The position numbers and the translations under genes were made by a program. The notes beneath the pieces are model-generated. The model saw nothing but the letters and a program-made list of their open reading frames with translations, was not told the origin of the DNA and did not search any database. Below, one piece after another: positions 9,043 to 18,181 of a stretch of 52,213 bases of DNA; position 1 is the first letter of the stretch; each line of letters opens with the position of its first letter. This DNA comes from Gallionella sp. (GTDB taxonomy: Bacteria; Pseudomonadota; Gammaproteobacteria; Burkholderiales; Gallionellaceae), in the NCBI GenBank assembly GCA_049298895.1, contig JBAQWL010000316.1, positions 1-52,213 on the forward strand, given 5' to 3'.

Positions 9043-10755
9043 ATGAAGACATGGTGGCATACACAAGGCATACAGATAAAGCTGCAGGTCATCATTCAGC
9101 TGGTTTTGATAGCAGTTTTGATCCCGACTCAACTCTGGATCGAACGGCACTTCAAGGAGGAGATACTGCTGGCAGCCGAGAGCCGCGCGCGAGTTTCCGC
9201 CGATGGCGTGATCAACGGCATGAATATGCTGATGATCAACGGGATCATCAAGGATCCTGAGAGCCGTGCCCTGTATATCAGGAAAATGGGTGCTTCCGAG
9301 GGAGTGAAGGAACTGCGGGTCATTCGTTCTGAACAGGTGCAACAGCAGTTTGGTCCTGGGCTGCCACAAGAGCAGGCCAAGGATGATATGGACAGGCGCG
9401 TGATCGCCAATGCGAGGGAAGAGTTCCTTCGCGTTGATGATTGGAATGCACCCGAGCTGCGCGTGGTCGTGCCGTTCATCGTCAGTACCGATTTCCGCGG
9501 CACCAACTGCCTGGATTGCCATCAGGCTCAAGCCGGTTCGGCGAACGGTGCGGCGAGCATCACGCTTGATCTGAAAAGCGATTACGCAAGTCTGGCCAGG
9601 ACCAGCGCGCTATTGTGGGGCGGGCAGGCAGCGTTGCAGCTGATCCTGTTTTTTCTCATCGGCAGGTTCACGCATACCATCACTCGCCCACTGGAAAATC
9701 TGCAAACCACGATGAGCGCTTTGCAGAAGGAAGAGGACTTGGCTCGCCATGTAGGAACCATGCCGCCTCTGAAAATAGCCGGAGGAGACGAGATTGGCCA
9801 ACTGAGCGCAACGTTCAATCGCATGGTGAAGACGTTGCAGCAACAAATGATTTCGCTGCGCATTTCCGAGGAGATGCAGCAGCGTTATCTCACCCTGGAG
9901 CGAGAAGAACAGGCGCGCTTGATGGCATTGCTCGCGGTGATGAACGTCGGCATTTTGTTTGTCAGCCGGGAGAACAAGATACTCCATGTCAATCCCACTT
10001 TCTTTCGTGTCTGGCAGATACCCCCTGAAACAAAATTGGAAGGCAGGGATGTTGCAGACATACCGGGTTACCTTTCACATCTGTTGGCCAATGAAAAAGC
10101 GTCTGCCCAGCATTTGCTGGAGCTGCCTGAAACGACGGATCTTTATCTGGCGGACAAGCGCGTGGTGATTCAAACCTGTTATGTAGTGCGGGACGTGGAA
10201 GCTCAGGTGGTGGGACATCTATGGCTATACGAAGATGTCACGCATGCGCGCCGCACTCCGGAACAGCTGCTGCATCTGGCTGAATGTGATGCGCTCACCG
10301 GCCTGTACAACCGCCACCGGTTTGTCGGGGAGCTGGAAAGATCGCTGGTGGAAGCCAGGCGAAATAAATCCAAGATGGCATTGCTGTCTTTCGGTCCAGA
10401 TGATCTTAACCATATCAATGATACTTTCGGATACGACGCCGGTGACAAGGTTCTGGTGCGGGTGGCCGAGGTGGTCGGCAAGCAGGTTAGACACAACGAG
10501 ATGCTTTTCCGGCTGCGCGATGATGAGTTTGCGATACTCATCAGGAATGCCTCGGAGCAAGATGCTCACGCGTTGGCGCAACGCATCGAACCTGTCATTG
10601 CGAAACTGGATTTTGATTTCAACGGGGAAACGGTTCGTGTCACCGCCAGTTTGGGTTGGGCACTATTTCCAGAACACGGGGAAAGTGAGAAGGAGCTGGT
10701 CACCTATGCGGATGCGGCAAAGTCTCTTGCCAAGCAAGCGACCAAGAAAAGTTAG
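9043..10755 (+). CDS. Membrane sensor: periplasmic c-heme (CxxCH) domain, HAMP, PAS-like and degenerate GGDEF domain
   Basis: Two TM segments flank NCLDCH; HAMP DEIGQLSATFNRM; EDVT...DALTGLYNR; INDTFGYDAGD; active-site motif reads RDDEF. Confidence 0.82.
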   Translation: MKTWWHTQGIQIKLQVIIQLVLIAVLIPTQLWIERHFKEEILLAAESRARVSADGVINGMNMLMINGIIKDPESRALYIRKMGASEGVKELRVIRSEQVQQQFGPGLPQEQAKDDMDRRVIANAREEFLRVDDWNAPELRVVVPFIVSTDFRGTNCLDCHQAQAGSANGAASITLDLKSDYASLARTSALLWGGQAALQLILFFLIGRFTHTITRPLENLQTTMSALQKEEDLARHVGTMPPLKIAGGDEIGQLSATFNRMVKTLQQQMISLRISEEMQQRYLTLEREEQARLMALLAVMNVGILFVSRENKILHVNPTFFRVWQIPPETKLEGRDVADIPGYLSHLLANEKASAQHLLELPETTDLYLADKRVVIQTCYVVRDVEAQVVGHLWLYEDVTHARRTPEQLLHLAECDALTGLYNRHRFVGELERSLVEARRNKSKMALLSFGPDDLNHINDTFGYDAGDKVLVRVAEVVGKQVRHNEMLFRLRDDEFAILIRNASEQDAHALAQRIEPVIAKLDFDFNGETVRVTASLGWALFPEHGESEKELVTYADAAKSLAKQATKKS

Positions 10756-10840
10756 CCGACTCTTCCAATCAATGCCAATCCGAATCGGGCAGTCTCTGTG
10801 ATATGGCCTGTTTACCTGTTTGCTGGTTCAGCCTTCCCGT

Positions 10841-12193
10841 TTAGCCTTCCCGGCCGATGCCGTGATATTCGATGCCCAGTGCGGTGACGTTGGCAGGTTC
10901 GAACAGATTTCGCCCGTCAAAAATTACCGGTTGTTTCAGACGTGTCCTGATGAGGTCGAAGTCAGGACTCTTGAAGGCTTTCCATTCCGTAACGATGATC
11001 AGTGCATCAGCTTCATGTAGGGCATCCTTGGCATTTTCTGCATAGCTCAGATCGGCACGTTCGCCTCCCGCCTTTGGGCGACTTTGCAGAGGATAAATAT
11101 GCTGGGTTGCTTCCATCGCCACGGGATCATGTGCGGTGACTGTCGCGCCTCTTTCCCATAATCCTTCCATTACCACCCGGCTGGTCGCCTCGCGCATGTC
11201 GTCCGTACCCGGCTTGTATGCAAGCCCCCATAGAGCGAAGTGCTTGCCCTTTAGATTGTCACCAAAGCGCTTGATGATCTTTTGCAGTAGTACGTTCTTC
11301 TGCGCATGGTTCACCTCTTCCACGGCATGTAATATTTTTAGCGGCAGGCCGTATTCTTCACCAGTGCGTTGCAACGCGCGGATATCTTTGGGGAAGCATG
11401 AGCCGCCATAGCCGCAGCCCGCATACAAAAAATGATAGCCGATGCGCTGGTCTGAGCCGATACCCTTGCGCACATGTTCGATGTCTGCGCCGACGCGTTC
11501 AGCCAAGTTGGCCAGTTCGTTCATGAACGAGATGCGCGTGGCAAGCATGGCATTGGCGGCGTATTTACTAAGTTCGGCAGACTTGATGTCCATTACCATC
11601 AGCCGGTCGTGATTGCGCTGGAACGGCGCATACATGTCGCGCATCACCTTGAGGGCATCCTCGTCTTCCGCACCGATGACGATGCGGTCCGGACGGTTGA
11701 AGTCATCGATGGCCGAGCCTTCTTTCAGGAACTCAGGATTCGATACCACACTGAACTTGGTCTTGGTACCACGCTTGTTCAGTTCCTCCTGCACCGCTTC
11801 ATTTACTTTATCTGCCGTGCCAACTGGCACGGTTGATTTTCCCACGATCACTTTGTATTCGGTCATGGTACGTCCGATGTTGCGTGCGGCGGCGATGACA
11901 TATTGCAGATCTGCCGAGCCATCTTCACCGGAGGGTGTGCCGACCGCGATCATCTGTACCATGCCGTGCGAGACACTCTCAGCGATGTCAGTGGTAAAGC
12001 GCAAGCGTCCTGCGGCGACATTGCTGTTGATGAGCTCTTCCAAACCTGGTTCGTAAATCGGCACGCCACCCTGCTGAAGGATGGCAATCTTGCTTGGATT
12101 CACATCTACACAAATAACGTCGTTACCCAATTCGGCCAAGCATGCGCCAGACACTAAGCCCACGTAACCGGAGCCGATGACAGTGATTTTCAT
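10841..12193 (-). CDS. ugd: UDP-glucose 6-dehydrogenase
   Basis: [44 protein letters not shown] and [10 protein letters not shown] motifs; start placed at ATG 12193. Confidence 0.95.
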   Translation of the reverse strand: MKITVIGSGYVGLVSGACLAELGNDVICVDVNPSKIAILQQGGVPIYEPGLEELINSNVAAGRLRFTTDIAESVSHGMVQMIAVGTPSGEDGSADLQYVIAAARNIGRTMTEYKVIVGKSTVPVGTADKVNEAVQEELNKRGTKTKFSVVSNPEFLKEGSAIDDFNRPDRIVIGAEDEDALKVMRDMYAPFQRNHDRLMVMDIKSAELSKYAANAMLATRISFMNELANLAERVGADIEHVRKGIGSDQRIGYHFLYAGCGYGGSCFPKDIRALQRTGEEYGLPLKILHAVEEVNHAQKNVLLQKIIKRFGDNLKGKHFALWGLAYKPGTDDMREATSRVVMEGLWERGATVTAHDPVAMEATQHIYPLQSRPKAGGERADLSYAENAKDALHEADALIIVTEWKAFKSPDFDLIRTRLKQPVIFDGRNLFEPANVTALGIEYHGIGREG

Positions 12194-12244
12194 TTTGCTG
12201 GAAACTTCTGAAGTAAGGCGCTCATTATGCCGCAACAGGCATGT

Positions 12245-13171
12245 TTAGTCAGTGATGACAGTGCAGACTTGTTGCGCAATGTCAGGCACCAGGCAATCAA
12301 GCTCGATGTTGTCCGGCATGGAGCGCAGCCAAGTTAGTTGCCGTTTGGCGAGTTGCCGGGTGGCGGCGATGCCGATTTCATATAGTTGAGCCTGATCAAT
12401 TTCACCTTCGATGAATTGCCATGCTTGGCGATAACCGACACAGCGCATCGAGGGTAAATTGGGATGGAGTTGATAACGCTGCCTCAGGCCGCGCAGTTCC
12501 CCGACCAAACCCTGTTCGAGCATGTGCTTGAAGCGTGTGGCAATACGCTGGTGCAACACGCTACGGGTCGCGGGAATAAGGGCAATGGGCAGAATACGGT
12601 AGGGTAGTTCACTATGTGATTTTTTCCTAAGCAGCACAGACATCGGTTGTCCACTTAGGCGATAGATTTCCATCGCGCGCTGGATGCGCTGCGTATCGTT
12701 GGGGGCGAGACGCGCGGCAGTTTCCGCATCTACTGCGGCTAAACGTTGATGTAAATACGCCACACCATGCGCCGCGATTTCTGCATCGAGTTCGGCGCGT
12801 ACTGTGGGATTGGCTTCGGGTAACGGGCTGAGTCCTTCACGCAGTGCCTTGAAGTACAGCATGGTTCCGCCGACTAGCAGTGGGATGTTGCCGCGCTGGG
12901 TAATGGCGTGCATCAGGCGCAACGCATCATGGCGAAACGCGGCGGCGGAATAAGCCTCCGTGGGATCGCGGATGTCTAACAAATGATGTGGCGCGTTCGC
13001 TAAGGTGGCTGCATCCGGTTTGGCAGTACCAATATTCATATCGCGATACACCAGCGCGGAATCCACGCTGATGATTTCCACTGGCAAGGTTTGCGCCAGC
13101 TCTATCGCGATATTGGTTTTACCGCTGGCGGTGGGGCCCATCAGGAAAATTGCGGTGGGAAGCGGTGTCAT
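12245..13171 (-). CDS. miaA: tRNA dimethylallyltransferase
   Basis: [38 protein letters not shown] and [11 protein letters not shown] motifs. Confidence 0.96.
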   Translation of the reverse strand: MTPLPTAIFLMGPTASGKTNIAIELAQTLPVEIISVDSALVYRDMNIGTAKPDAATLANAPHHLLDIRDPTEAYSAAAFRHDALRLMHAITQRGNIPLLVGGTMLYFKALREGLSPLPEANPTVRAELDAEIAAHGVAYLHQRLAAVDAETAARLAPNDTQRIQRAMEIYRLSGQPMSVLLRKKSHSELPYRILPIALIPATRSVLHQRIATRFKHMLEQGLVGELRGLRQRYQLHPNLPSMRCVGYRQAWQFIEGEIDQAQLYEIGIAATRQLAKRQLTWLRSMPDNIELDCLVPDIAQQVCTVITD

Positions 13172-13181
13172 CCAAACAGCC

Positions 13182-13330
13182 TAATAGGGTGATAAAAATC
13201 GCAGCGAGCAATCCCGGATGAGCGAAGCCGCGCAGCAAGAATCGAGATAGTACGAGGCAGGTACAGCGTGGTTCGAGCGAGCACACGACAAAGCAGATGA
13301 GGTGCGCAGTAGTTTCGCATCATCCTGTTA
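13182..13330. mobile_element. Degenerate ~149-bp MITE-like element between mutL and miaA
   Basis: Imperfect terminal inverted repeats TAATAGGGTGATAAAAA and TAACAGGATGATGCGAAA (reverse complement of the right end); no ORF; the right end overlaps the mutL stop codon. Confidence 0.5.
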
Positions 13331-15109
13331 TTGACCGCGCATGAACATCTTGTCCAATTCGTTCAGGCTTAACTGAAACCAGGTCGGGCGACCGTGATTA
13401 CATTGCCCGGAGCGTTCAGTTTGTTCCATCTCGCGCAGCAGCGCGTTCATTTCGGTGGCACTTAATATTCGATTGGCGCGCACCGCACCGTGGCAGGCGA
13501 GGGTGCCGAGCAGTTCATTTCGCCGTTCAGTGAGTACGCGGCTGGCACCGAATTCACGCAGTTCGTCAAGTACATCATGAGCGGCAGCCTCCGCTTCAGA
13601 TTGTTTCAAAAGCACCGGCATGGCACGCACTGCCAACGTGTTGGGCGATAGCGGGGCAATGTCGAAACCCAGTGTTTTGAGCGTATCCTGTTCCGCTTCT
13701 GCAGTGGCGATATCCAATGAGTCAGCATGGAAACTGACAGGGATCAGCAGCGGTTGAGTGGCGATCTGTTCCTCATCCAGCGAGGCCTTGAGTTTCTCAT
13801 AGACAATACGCTCATGGGCCGCGTGCATGTCCACGACGATCAGTCCACGCCTATTCTGCGCCAGGATGTATACACCAGATAGTTGCGCAAGCGCGAAGCC
13901 GAGCGGGAATTCTTCTTGGTGAGTAGTAAGGTGCGAGTCGTAAGTGGGGGCGATTTCTTCACTACCTGTTTCACATTTCTCGCTTTCCGTTTGTGCTTCC
14001 CACACTTGGTAGGACGCATTCATTTGTGCTGCATTCAGTGGCATGTTTTTCTGTAAGGGCATTGCGAAAGAAGATTTTGCAGAAAATCCCGACGCGACCA
14101 CGCCGGGCTGTGCAGGAATGGCGAGAGCCTGTTGCAGGGTATGAAAAATAAATTGGTGGATCGCCTGACTTTCGCGAAAGCGCACTTCGCTTTTGGCAGG
14201 ATGTACGTTCACATCCACCAGTTCAGGTGGCAGTTCGAGGAACAGCACAAACGCGGGATGACGCTGGTGATGCAGGATGTCCTGGTAAGCCTGACGCAGC
14301 GCGTGGCTGGCGACCTTGTCGCGTACGAAACGACCATTGACGAAAAAAAACTGAGCATCGCGGCTGGCGCGGGAATAGGCGGGCAGGGCGGCCAGACCAC
14401 ACAACGAGAGACTCGCTGCGTTACGCGACACCGACACAGAAGCCTGTCCGAACGCGTCTCCGAGCAGTGCGGCAACGCGTTTTAAAGTGGCTTGTTCACC
14501 GTGTGATGCGGGCAAATGCCACACCGTACGTCCGTTGTGTTGCAGCGAAAAGGCGACATCGGGACGTGACAACGCGATGCGCTTGAAAGACTCCTCGCAC
14601 CAGGCAAATTCGGTGGATTCGGATTTCAGGAATTTACGCCGTGCCGGAGTGTTGAAGAACAGCTCGTGGATTTCTACCGTGGTGCCTTGCGCTTGGCTGG
14701 CGGGCATGGGTTCGCCGAGATGTCCATCGGCGGACTCTATTTTCCAGGCATGGGTATCGGAAGCGGTACGGCTGGTTAAAGTGAGCTGTGCCACTGCCGC
14801 GATGCTCGCCAGCGCCTCACCGCGAAAACCCATGCTGGCTACGCGTTGCAGATCATCCAGCGAGGATATCTTGTTGGTGGCGTGGCGCATCAGCGCCAGT
14901 TTCAGTTCCTCTTGGGCGATGCCACGGCCGTTGTCGCGTACGCGCAGCAACTTGATGCCACCGCCTTCCAGTTGCACCACGATGTCGGTCGCATCAGCGT
15001 CCAGGCTGTTTTCGAGCAGCTCTTTAAGTGCTGCGGCGGGACGTTCGATCACCTCGCCAGCGGCGATTTGATTGATGAGCAGGTCGGGCAGCAGCTGGAT
15101 GGCGTGCAT
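13328..15109 (-). CDS. mutL: DNA mismatch repair endonuclease MutL
   Basis: NQIAAGEVIERP, ELLENSLDA, GFRGEALAS, VDVNVHPAK; endonuclease motifs DMHAAHERIVYE, ACH and CNHGRP; start placed at ATG 15109. Confidence 0.96.
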   Translation of the reverse strand: MHAIQLLPDLLINQIAAGEVIERPAAALKELLENSLDADATDIVVQLEGGGIKLLRVRDNGRGIAQEELKLALMRHATNKISSLDDLQRVASMGFRGEALASIAAVAQLTLTSRTASDTHAWKIESADGHLGEPMPASQAQGTTVEIHELFFNTPARRKFLKSESTEFAWCEESFKRIALSRPDVAFSLQHNGRTVWHLPASHGEQATLKRVAALLGDAFGQASVSVSRNAASLSLCGLAALPAYSRASRDAQFFFVNGRFVRDKVASHALRQAYQDILHHQRHPAFVLFLELPPELVDVNVHPAKSEVRFRESQAIHQFIFHTLQQALAIPAQPGVVASGFSAKSSFAMPLQKNMPLNAAQMNASYQVWEAQTESEKCETGSEEIAPTYDSHLTTHQEEFPLGFALAQLSGVYILAQNRRGLIVVDMHAAHERIVYEKLKASLDEEQIATQPLLIPVSFHADSLDIATAEAEQDTLKTLGFDIAPLSPNTLAVRAMPVLLKQSEAEAAAHDVLDELREFGASRVLTERRNELLGTLACHGAVRANRILSATEMNALLREMEQTERSGQCNHGRPTWFQLSLNELDKMFMRGQ

Positions 15110-15204
15110 GGCTGGGTTGGGTAGCAAAACGCCCTGCATTATAGCGGACATGCGAATGCAGCTGGGTCCCCATAGCTACCATAACTGAAATATTTGGCTA
15201 GCGA

Positions 15205-15225
15205 AGATGCCGGAAAATCCGGCAT
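15205..15225 (-). terminator. Hairpin downstream of the HD-GYP gene (probable terminator)
   Basis: GATGCCGG-AAAAT-CCGGCATC perfect 8-bp stem; only a short U tract. Confidence 0.45.
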
Positions 15226-15242
15226 CAGGGTCAAATAGACAA

Positions 15243-16343
15243 TTACTGGGGAGTAGATTCTGCAGCGTCAAGAAACTGCTGTTGAATAAGGCTGGCCTTG
15301 CTGAATTGTGCAACGAAGGCATCCACGCAGTCTGGATCGAAATGCTTGCCGCTGTTTGTGGTCAGATATGCCAAGCCTGCTTCATTTGACCAGCCGATTT
15401 TGTATGGGCGACGCGAAGTAAGCGCATCAAAGACATCGGCAACGGCAACAATACGAGCTTCCAATGGTATCTCGTCCTTTTGTGCGCCATAGGGGTAACC
15501 GCTACCATCATATTTTTCGTGATGCGATAATGCGATTTGCGCTCCCATACTCAAATATTTTGACGGACTTTCCTGGAGTATCTGAAAACCGATCAAGGGA
15601 TGAGTTTTCATGATGTCGTGCTCATCCAAGGTCAGTCGCCCTGGCTTTAAAAGTATGTGGTCGGGTATGCCGATCTTGCCTATATCATGCATCGGAGCGG
15701 CAGTTTCAATTAAGTCGCAGAATTCCCCTTCCAGACTCAATCCTTCTGCTATCAGGCGAGAGTACTTGGACATGCGCACGATATGGTTGCCGGTTTCTTC
15801 GTCACGATACTCGCCGGCTTTTGCCAGCCTGAATAGTGTTTCATGTTCTCGAGCGCGTATCTGTTTAGTTGCTTCGGCAATACGCTGCTCCAGGAATTGT
15901 GAGCGATGCAGGATAATCTTCTGCTGCAAGCGCAGATGCAGCATGTTGCGGCACCGTACTCTGCATTCATATGGATCAAAAGGCTTGGTAATGAAATCGG
16001 TTGCGCCCGATTCCAGCACCTGATACTTAATGCCTTGCTCTTCGAGCGAGATGACCGCCACGATAGGGACACCCTCTAGAGAATATATTCTCCTCAACTC
16101 CTGTATCGCCTCCAGACCTTTCGTGCCGTTCATCATGCAATCGACGATGATCAAATCCGGATGATTGTCCCTGACACAGGCCAGAGCCGAGGTAGGGTCA
16201 TCATAAGTTTTAACAAGAATGTTTTTTTGGATGCTTTGCAATACTTTTTCTAGTGTCTGACGGCTGGCGAAATCGTCATCGATGATGACAACAAGTGGAG
16301 CAACGGAGTTTTCAAGACTGTTATCGATTAGTTCAGATGACAT
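15243..16343 (-). CDS. Response regulator with HD-GYP c-di-GMP phosphodiesterase domain (RpfG-like)
   Basis: Receiver IIDDD...IIVD...DFITKP; EYRDEETGNH, HDIGKIGIPD, HHEKYDGSGYP and ADVFDALTS.RPYK motifs. Confidence 0.92.
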   Translation of the reverse strand: MSSELIDNSLENSVAPLVVIIDDDFASRQTLEKVLQSIQKNILVKTYDDPTSALACVRDNHPDLIIVDCMMNGTKGLEAIQELRRIYSLEGVPIVAVISLEEQGIKYQVLESGATDFITKPFDPYECRVRCRNMLHLRLQQKIILHRSQFLEQRIAEATKQIRAREHETLFRLAKAGEYRDEETGNHIVRMSKYSRLIAEGLSLEGEFCDLIETAAPMHDIGKIGIPDHILLKPGRLTLDEHDIMKTHPLIGFQILQESPSKYLSMGAQIALSHHEKYDGSGYPYGAQKDEIPLEARIVAVADVFDALTSRRPYKIGWSNEAGLAYLTTNSGKHFDPDCVDAFVAQFSKASLIQQQFLDAAESTPQ

Positions 16344-16665
16344 CGCGTATCCTCAAAAATGACTGCCAAATTAGTTCAAGCGATTTCTTAGTAATGTTCT
16401 ATTTGGCCTTGATTATAGCAAGCATTTTTTAATTTGCAATCATTTTTACGACATCTACAGTAGGGTTTACGCCGTTACACGATTTAACTCGTAATCTTAG
16501 CGTGCGATGGGTGTGCAATGGAATAAGCGGGTATGATGCTTTATCATCGCTGCAGTTCACTTTAATGTTGGAGAGGAGTAGGTATAATCCCCTCTTTAAA
16601 TTTTCAGCATCGTTCGGTAGGTAAATAACGAACGTTTTACAAGGGTTTCAGAAGAGGAGAAGTTC

Positions 16666-17787
16666 ATGCGGATTGGCATCCCCGCGGAAACGCGTGTAGG
16701 CGAAACTCGAATTGCAGTGACTCCGGAAACGGTGAAGAAGATGCTGGCATCCAGCCACACGGTGATGGTGCAGAGCGGAGCAGGTGCAGGTGCGCATATT
16801 CCCGACGCGGAATTTCAGGCGGCGGGTGCAACTCTGGTTGATGCTGCTACCTTGTATTCCCAATCGCAAATTGTGTTGAAGGTCAAAGCGCCCACTTCCG
16901 AGGAGCTTGCTCAACTGGCACAAGGTACGGTGTTGATCGGTTTGCTCTCGCCGCATCAAGCCGAGCAAGTAACGGCTTACACCCAACATGGCATTACTGC
17001 TTGTGCGATGGAAAAATTGCCGCGCACCTCACGTGCACAGGCGATGGATGTGTTGTCCTCACAAGCTAACATTGCCGGTTATAAGGCGGTGATCGTCGGT
17101 GCCAATCTATATCAGCGCTTCATGCCGATGTTGATGACCGCAGCCGGAACGGTGAAGGCTGCGCGCGTGTTGATTCTGGGCGTGGGCGTGGCAGGCTTGC
17201 AGGCAATTGCAACTGCCAAGCGTCTCGGTGCCGTGGTTGAGGCTTCCGATGTGCGCCCTGCTGCCAAGGAGCAGGTGGAATCACTGGGTGCCAAATTCAT
17301 TGATGTACCGTTCGAAACCGATGAAGAGCGCGAGATCGCCAAGGGTGTCGGTGGCTATGCCCGCCCTATGCCCGCTTCGTGGATGCAACGCCAGGCTGTC
17401 TTGGTGGCGGAACGTGCCAAGTTGGCGGACATTATCATTACAACTGCGCTGATCCCCGGTCGTCCCGCGCCAGTTCTGCTGCATGAGGATACGGTGAAGC
17501 TGATGAAACCCGGCTCGGTGGTGGTGGATATGGCGGTAGAAGCGGGCGGCAATTGCCCACTGTCCGAACTAGGCAAGACCATAGTCAAGCACGGTGTCAC
17601 TATTGTTGGTGAAGCTAATCTTTCAGGGTTGGTAGCGACCGATGCCAGTGCGATGTACGCGCGCAATTTGCTCAATTTCCTCAATCTGCTGTGCGACAAA
17701 ACCGGGGCAATGAACATCAACATGGAAGATGACATCATTGCCGGAACGCTGTTGTGTAAGGATGGCGTGGCAAACGTAAAAACATAA
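16666..17787 (+). CDS. pntA: NAD(P) transhydrogenase subunit alpha part 1
   Basis: RAQAMDVLSSQANIAGYKA, GVGVAGLQA, GGYA and TTALIPGRPAP motifs; SD GAGGAG. Confidence 0.95.
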   Translation: MRIGIPAETRVGETRIAVTPETVKKMLASSHTVMVQSGAGAGAHIPDAEFQAAGATLVDAATLYSQSQIVLKVKAPTSEELAQLAQGTVLIGLLSPHQAEQVTAYTQHGITACAMEKLPRTSRAQAMDVLSSQANIAGYKAVIVGANLYQRFMPMLMTAAGTVKAARVLILGVGVAGLQAIATAKRLGAVVEASDVRPAAKEQVESLGAKFIDVPFETDEEREIAKGVGGYARPMPASWMQRQAVLVAERAKLADIIITTALIPGRPAPVLLHEDTVKLMKPGSVVVDMAVEAGGNCPLSELGKTIVKHGVTIVGEANLSGLVATDASAMYARNLLNFLNLLCDKTGAMNINMEDDIIAGTLLCKDGVANVKT

Positions 17788-17860
17788 CTACCCTCGGATC
17801 CGCCCTTGTCAGGCGGAAGATGGATCCACCCCTGACAAGGGGGAGGTTGCGAGGGAGATT
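17786..17860. repeat. Second, more degenerate copy of the arnC-type palindromic element
   Basis: CCCTCGGATCCGCCCTTGTCAGGCGG...CCACCCCTGACAAGGGGGAGGTTGCGAGGG parallels 5920-5991. Confidence 0.72.
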
Positions 17861-17882
17861 CTAATTTAGTAAGGAGTAAAAC

Positions 17883-18179
17883 ATGACTGGTGCTGTTGAC
17901 CCATTTGTTCTGAACCTGAGCGTATTCGTGCTGGCAATTTTCGTCGGTTATCATGTGGTGTGGAACGTCACGCCCGCGCTGCATACCCCGCTGATGGCTG
18001 TTACCAACGCCATTTCCGGTATTATCATTGTTGGCGCGATGCTTGCGGCAGGTCCTGAGCAACTCGATATTGGCACGGCGATTGGGCTGATCGCCGTGGT
18101 GCTAGCTGCGGTGAACGTGTTTGGCGGCTTTCTTGTTACGCAGCGCATGCTCGATATGTTCAAGAAGAAAGGGAAGTAA
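17883..18179 (+). CDS. NAD(P) transhydrogenase subunit alpha part 2 (membrane)
   Basis: [18 protein letters not shown] and [15 protein letters not shown] motifs; SD AAGGAG. Confidence 0.94.
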   Translation: MTGAVDPFVLNLSVFVLAIFVGYHVVWNVTPALHTPLMAVTNAISGIIIVGAMLAAGPEQLDIGTAIGLIAVVLAAVNVFGGFLVTQRMLDMFKKKGK

Positions 18180-18181
18180 GC

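Noticed and set aside
8953..9531. 192-aa minus-strand ORF, and other long antisense ORFs such as 35964-36842 and 49543-50550
   Set aside because: Shadow frames opposite well-supported genes; no motifs.
907..12193. Split arnA, single flippase and nearby ugd as a novel lipid A system
   Set aside because: This arrangement of the L-Ara4N pathway is already known in Betaproteobacteria such as Burkholderia; recorded as features only.
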